DNA of 63,896 bases from NCBI GenBank assembly GCA_024137785.1, contig JAHRHZ010000111.1:16441341-16505236 (forward strand). The letters run 5' to 3'. A model generated the notes under the pieces. It worked only from the letters and a program-made list of their open reading frames with translations, was not told the DNA's origin and made no database searches. Below are positions 60,981-63,896 of the stretch, piece by piece; the stretch's first letter is position 1, and each line of letters starts with the position of its first letter. The stretch is from Ginglymostoma cirratum (lineage: Eukaryota). The position numbers and the translations under genes are program-made.

Positions 60981-63689
60981 ATGGTGTTACTAACTGCTTT
61001 TGCAACTGCCCTGGTATTTTAGTTGGTGGGTGTATTGTCCACTGAGACAACACAGTGTCAGGGAGGTTGTGGGTTTGTATCACAACTTTTGGTGAGATAA
61101 TAGATCCGAGCTAGAACACCAATGGAGATTCAACAGTTGACTGGATTACTCAAGGCCTGCCCAGTCTCCTACTCTTGAATGCAAACGAGAAGGCAGATAT
61201 TGCTTTTGGAAGGGCTAAGGGTAAACTATGCACATTTCCACTGTCAAATGCCTGACTGTCACTCATTGATTGGGCTCAAACAGAGCAACATGCCTTTTGG
61301 TGCAACGGGACCGTTCCTACCTCTGGGCTAGAAGCTCTGGGTTCTGGCTTGACTTAAGGATTCGATGGCCACAGAAGCAGGCTCATAACGCGGTCAGACA
61401 GGTGAACTATCAACTTGTAAATTCTTCCAGTTTGCCTGTGGAAAGACCAGATGAGTTTCCTAGTCAGCCCAAAACTGTGTGTTAGCTGAGGGATTATAAC
61501 AAGCAACAAGAATGGCCATTTGATTGAAGAATCAGTGGGCAGCCATTCTGCTGAACCCATACCCCAGTGTGAATCATCATTTTCAGGGGAACAGCACTGA
61601 GAGCAGATGGAGGTGGGGAATTTAAAAAAAAAACATGTGATTCACATTCGTGATTACATTCAATAGGCTTTTGTCCTCAGTTCAGCCATGTTCTGAGAAA
61701 TCAAATAATATTTCCCTGTGTGATCTTCCTACCTTCCAATCACTAAAGGCCATCGCACTTATTTTCGGAACAACTCTGCTATCATTTTAGACACTCCTGG
61801 CATCTTTTTTTGTGTCGATCCATATTAATAACACTAGTTTTCTCAGTGGCCTTCTGATAAGTATTCATGAACTAAACTTTCACAGGTAGACGGTATTGCA
61901 GCTGAATTTATTAGTTTATTCCCTTCTATTCTTTGGATTTACAAATAGAGCTGCTCATATTTATGAAGCTATTCTGAGATCCACACTCATTCTGATGTTA
62001 ATTGAGTTAATTTTCAGATTCTTTTGCATTCAGATATTTACAAACCTGGTCTAGGTGACATATCCAACTTATTGAAATTCATATAATATGGTGTCATATA
62101 CATCAACAAGTTAATATTAATGATATCCTTTCGCAAACGCCTTTTGTATTAATATTCATAAGCTTCTTACACCTATTCACTTGCGAGAGACTTGACATAT
62201 AATGACCAGCATTGGGACAACTTTAAAAGGGCTTTTGACAGCTGGTCTTCTAATATAGATTCAATCCTGAATTATGCACTTATTATTCAAAATGAAACTG
62301 GATGGTCATTATGGGTAATTTATGCAGGTCATGTGTAAATTAGTCGTCACTGCTTAATCATTGTATATAGATGAATTATGCGGTTGATTGAACAGAGGCA
62401 GAAATGAAGTACTTCCAGACTGTGCCCAAACATTTTTAATGGCTATTGATTTTCTACTTTTGTCATAAGATAGAGGTTAAAACAAGAATTCATAATTATA
62501 ATCATCCAGTGATATTATTCAATATTGATTGCAATGCTTTAAACACTGATCATCACAAAACATTTTCGGATAAAGGATACAAAAACTCTGCACCATCGTA
62601 CTAGAGCAAGGACTGCATTACATGCTGAAAAACTGACAATAAGGAAGACTTATTATACAGAAAAAACATGTATAAAATGCCTTTAATGATCTAAGTCCTA
62701 CAATATTTTACAGCTAATGAATTATTTTTGAAATGTAATCACTGTTGACATCTCAGAAATTGGAAAATTATGATGAATGTTTTGGGGTAACCCAAGGCGT
62801 TTAAACTTATTAAGTGTATGGTATGGCATTGGTCACATGTTCAGATTTAATATGTATGTGGTAGCAAACCCAGCCCTCGTGAGTCTCACCTTAGCACTGA
62901 CAGAGTACTCACCTCACCGGAGCTTGTTTCAAAGCAGATATCTCTCATGTTAATGATAACGTTCCAATAATAAATTGCTTAACAGGGAATGACTCATTCC
63001 ATGGATTAGTTTATTTAAAAAGTAAAACACGTTGCAAGGTATGAAGCAGAAATTACAGCAAGCAACTGGTTTCTGTGCATACAGTTTGCAGCCACACAGC
63101 AGACCAATCAGCTGACAGAGTTACAACATTGCATACATACAGTCCATGGAGCTCTTACAGGCAAACTGTCTTAAAGGCAATTTACACATATAGCTCACTC
63201 CTTTCCAAAAAAAAGTTTAGCTGCTTACAGCTAAGTGTGCCTATGAATCTCTATTATACATAGGTAATTTGTCAATTTGTCCAGGTTTTGTGACAGTGAC
63301 TTTTCTTGAAATTGTTTTTATTCCAATAATTGGAATTGCTTTTTAAAAATTGTTTATCTTGATGTGCGACAACCAACCTTGTTACAGATTTGCTACGGAC
63401 CGATCTCATTCTACAAACTGTTTTGAATGGTTCAAAATTTCTTGGCATTTACTATTTTGTTCCTTAAAAGCTTACAGCTCATTCTGAAGTTCCTAACTTT
63501 AGACACTGGATTTATCTAACTCTAGTGAAGTTTCAGCTTTCTGTTGGTAAACGATATATTTTTTCTCATTCATATTCCCTACTATCAACTATGAGTTGGA
63601 TTATAAATGTTGAAAATATAGTTCAGTTCAGAAGCTAAAATTCCTGCAACAAATAACTCACTTCCTAAGTTCCTAAAGCCTGCCCACTG

Positions 63690-63787
63690 TCTGCAAGGCA
63701 CAAGTCAGCAATGTGACAAAATACTCCCCACTTGCCTAAGGGACCATTGCTTCAACAACACTCAGGAAACTTGACACCATCGAGGAT
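63690..63787 (+). mobile_element. Family-B LINE fragment
   Basis: caaggcacaagtcag..atgtga..aatactccccacttgcct..caacactcaggaaacttgacaccatc is the reverse complement of 33450-33535. Confidence 0.8.
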
Positions 63788-63788
63788 G

Positions 63789-63896
63789 AGATAGGAGGAA
63801 CTGTGGATGCTGGAGAATCTGAGACAACAAGGTGTAGAGCTGGATGAACACAGCAGGCCAAGCAGCATCAGAGGAGCAGGAAAGCTGACGTTTCGG
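63789..63896 (-). mobile_element. PLE family-1 terminal repeat and tail, cut by the window edge
   Basis: Near-identical to 9497-9605. Confidence 0.9.

Noticed and set aside
61020-61600. LF-SINE-like ancient SINE relics (also about 38800-39000)
   Set aside because: Only faint recalled similarity, which cannot be supported without an alignment.
1-63896. CRISPR arrays, prokaryotic operons, rRNA, or a shared PLE target-site consensus
   Set aside because: There is no regularly spaced repeat-spacer array, operon structure or rRNA sequence. The PLE TSDs are AT-rich but share no clear motif in this small sample.

Overview
This is eukaryotic, AT-rich, CpG-depleted DNA with two assembly gaps and no confidently identifiable host gene. 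The repeat content (HE1-type V-SINEs sharing a 3' tail with HER1/CR1 LINEs) points to a cartilaginous fish, most likely a shark, and to an intronic or intergenic locus. Much of the window is decayed transposable elements: CR1 LINEs, a second CR1/L2-group LINE with its partner SINE, RTE and Rex1/Babar LINEs, Gypsy relics and solo LTRs, pogo and Harbinger relics, and many Penelope-like elements (PLEs). The PLEs include one long 5'-truncated Neptune-type copy (43.3-46.4 kb; RT plus GIY-YIG) and two partial copies. The most striking structure is a set of about 200-230 bp palindromic 'mini-PLE' insertions from three to four PLE families. Each consists of two head-to-head terminal repeats folded back at a hammerhead-ribozyme core, has a 34-39 nt tail on one arm only, and in most cases has a 12-16 bp target-site duplication (TSD). 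Between repeats are TAAT-rich unique stretches (candidate conserved non-coding elements) and one candidate 86-bp exon on the minus strand. All family assignments come from motif recognition by eye; no database search was run, and boundaries of old relics are approximate.
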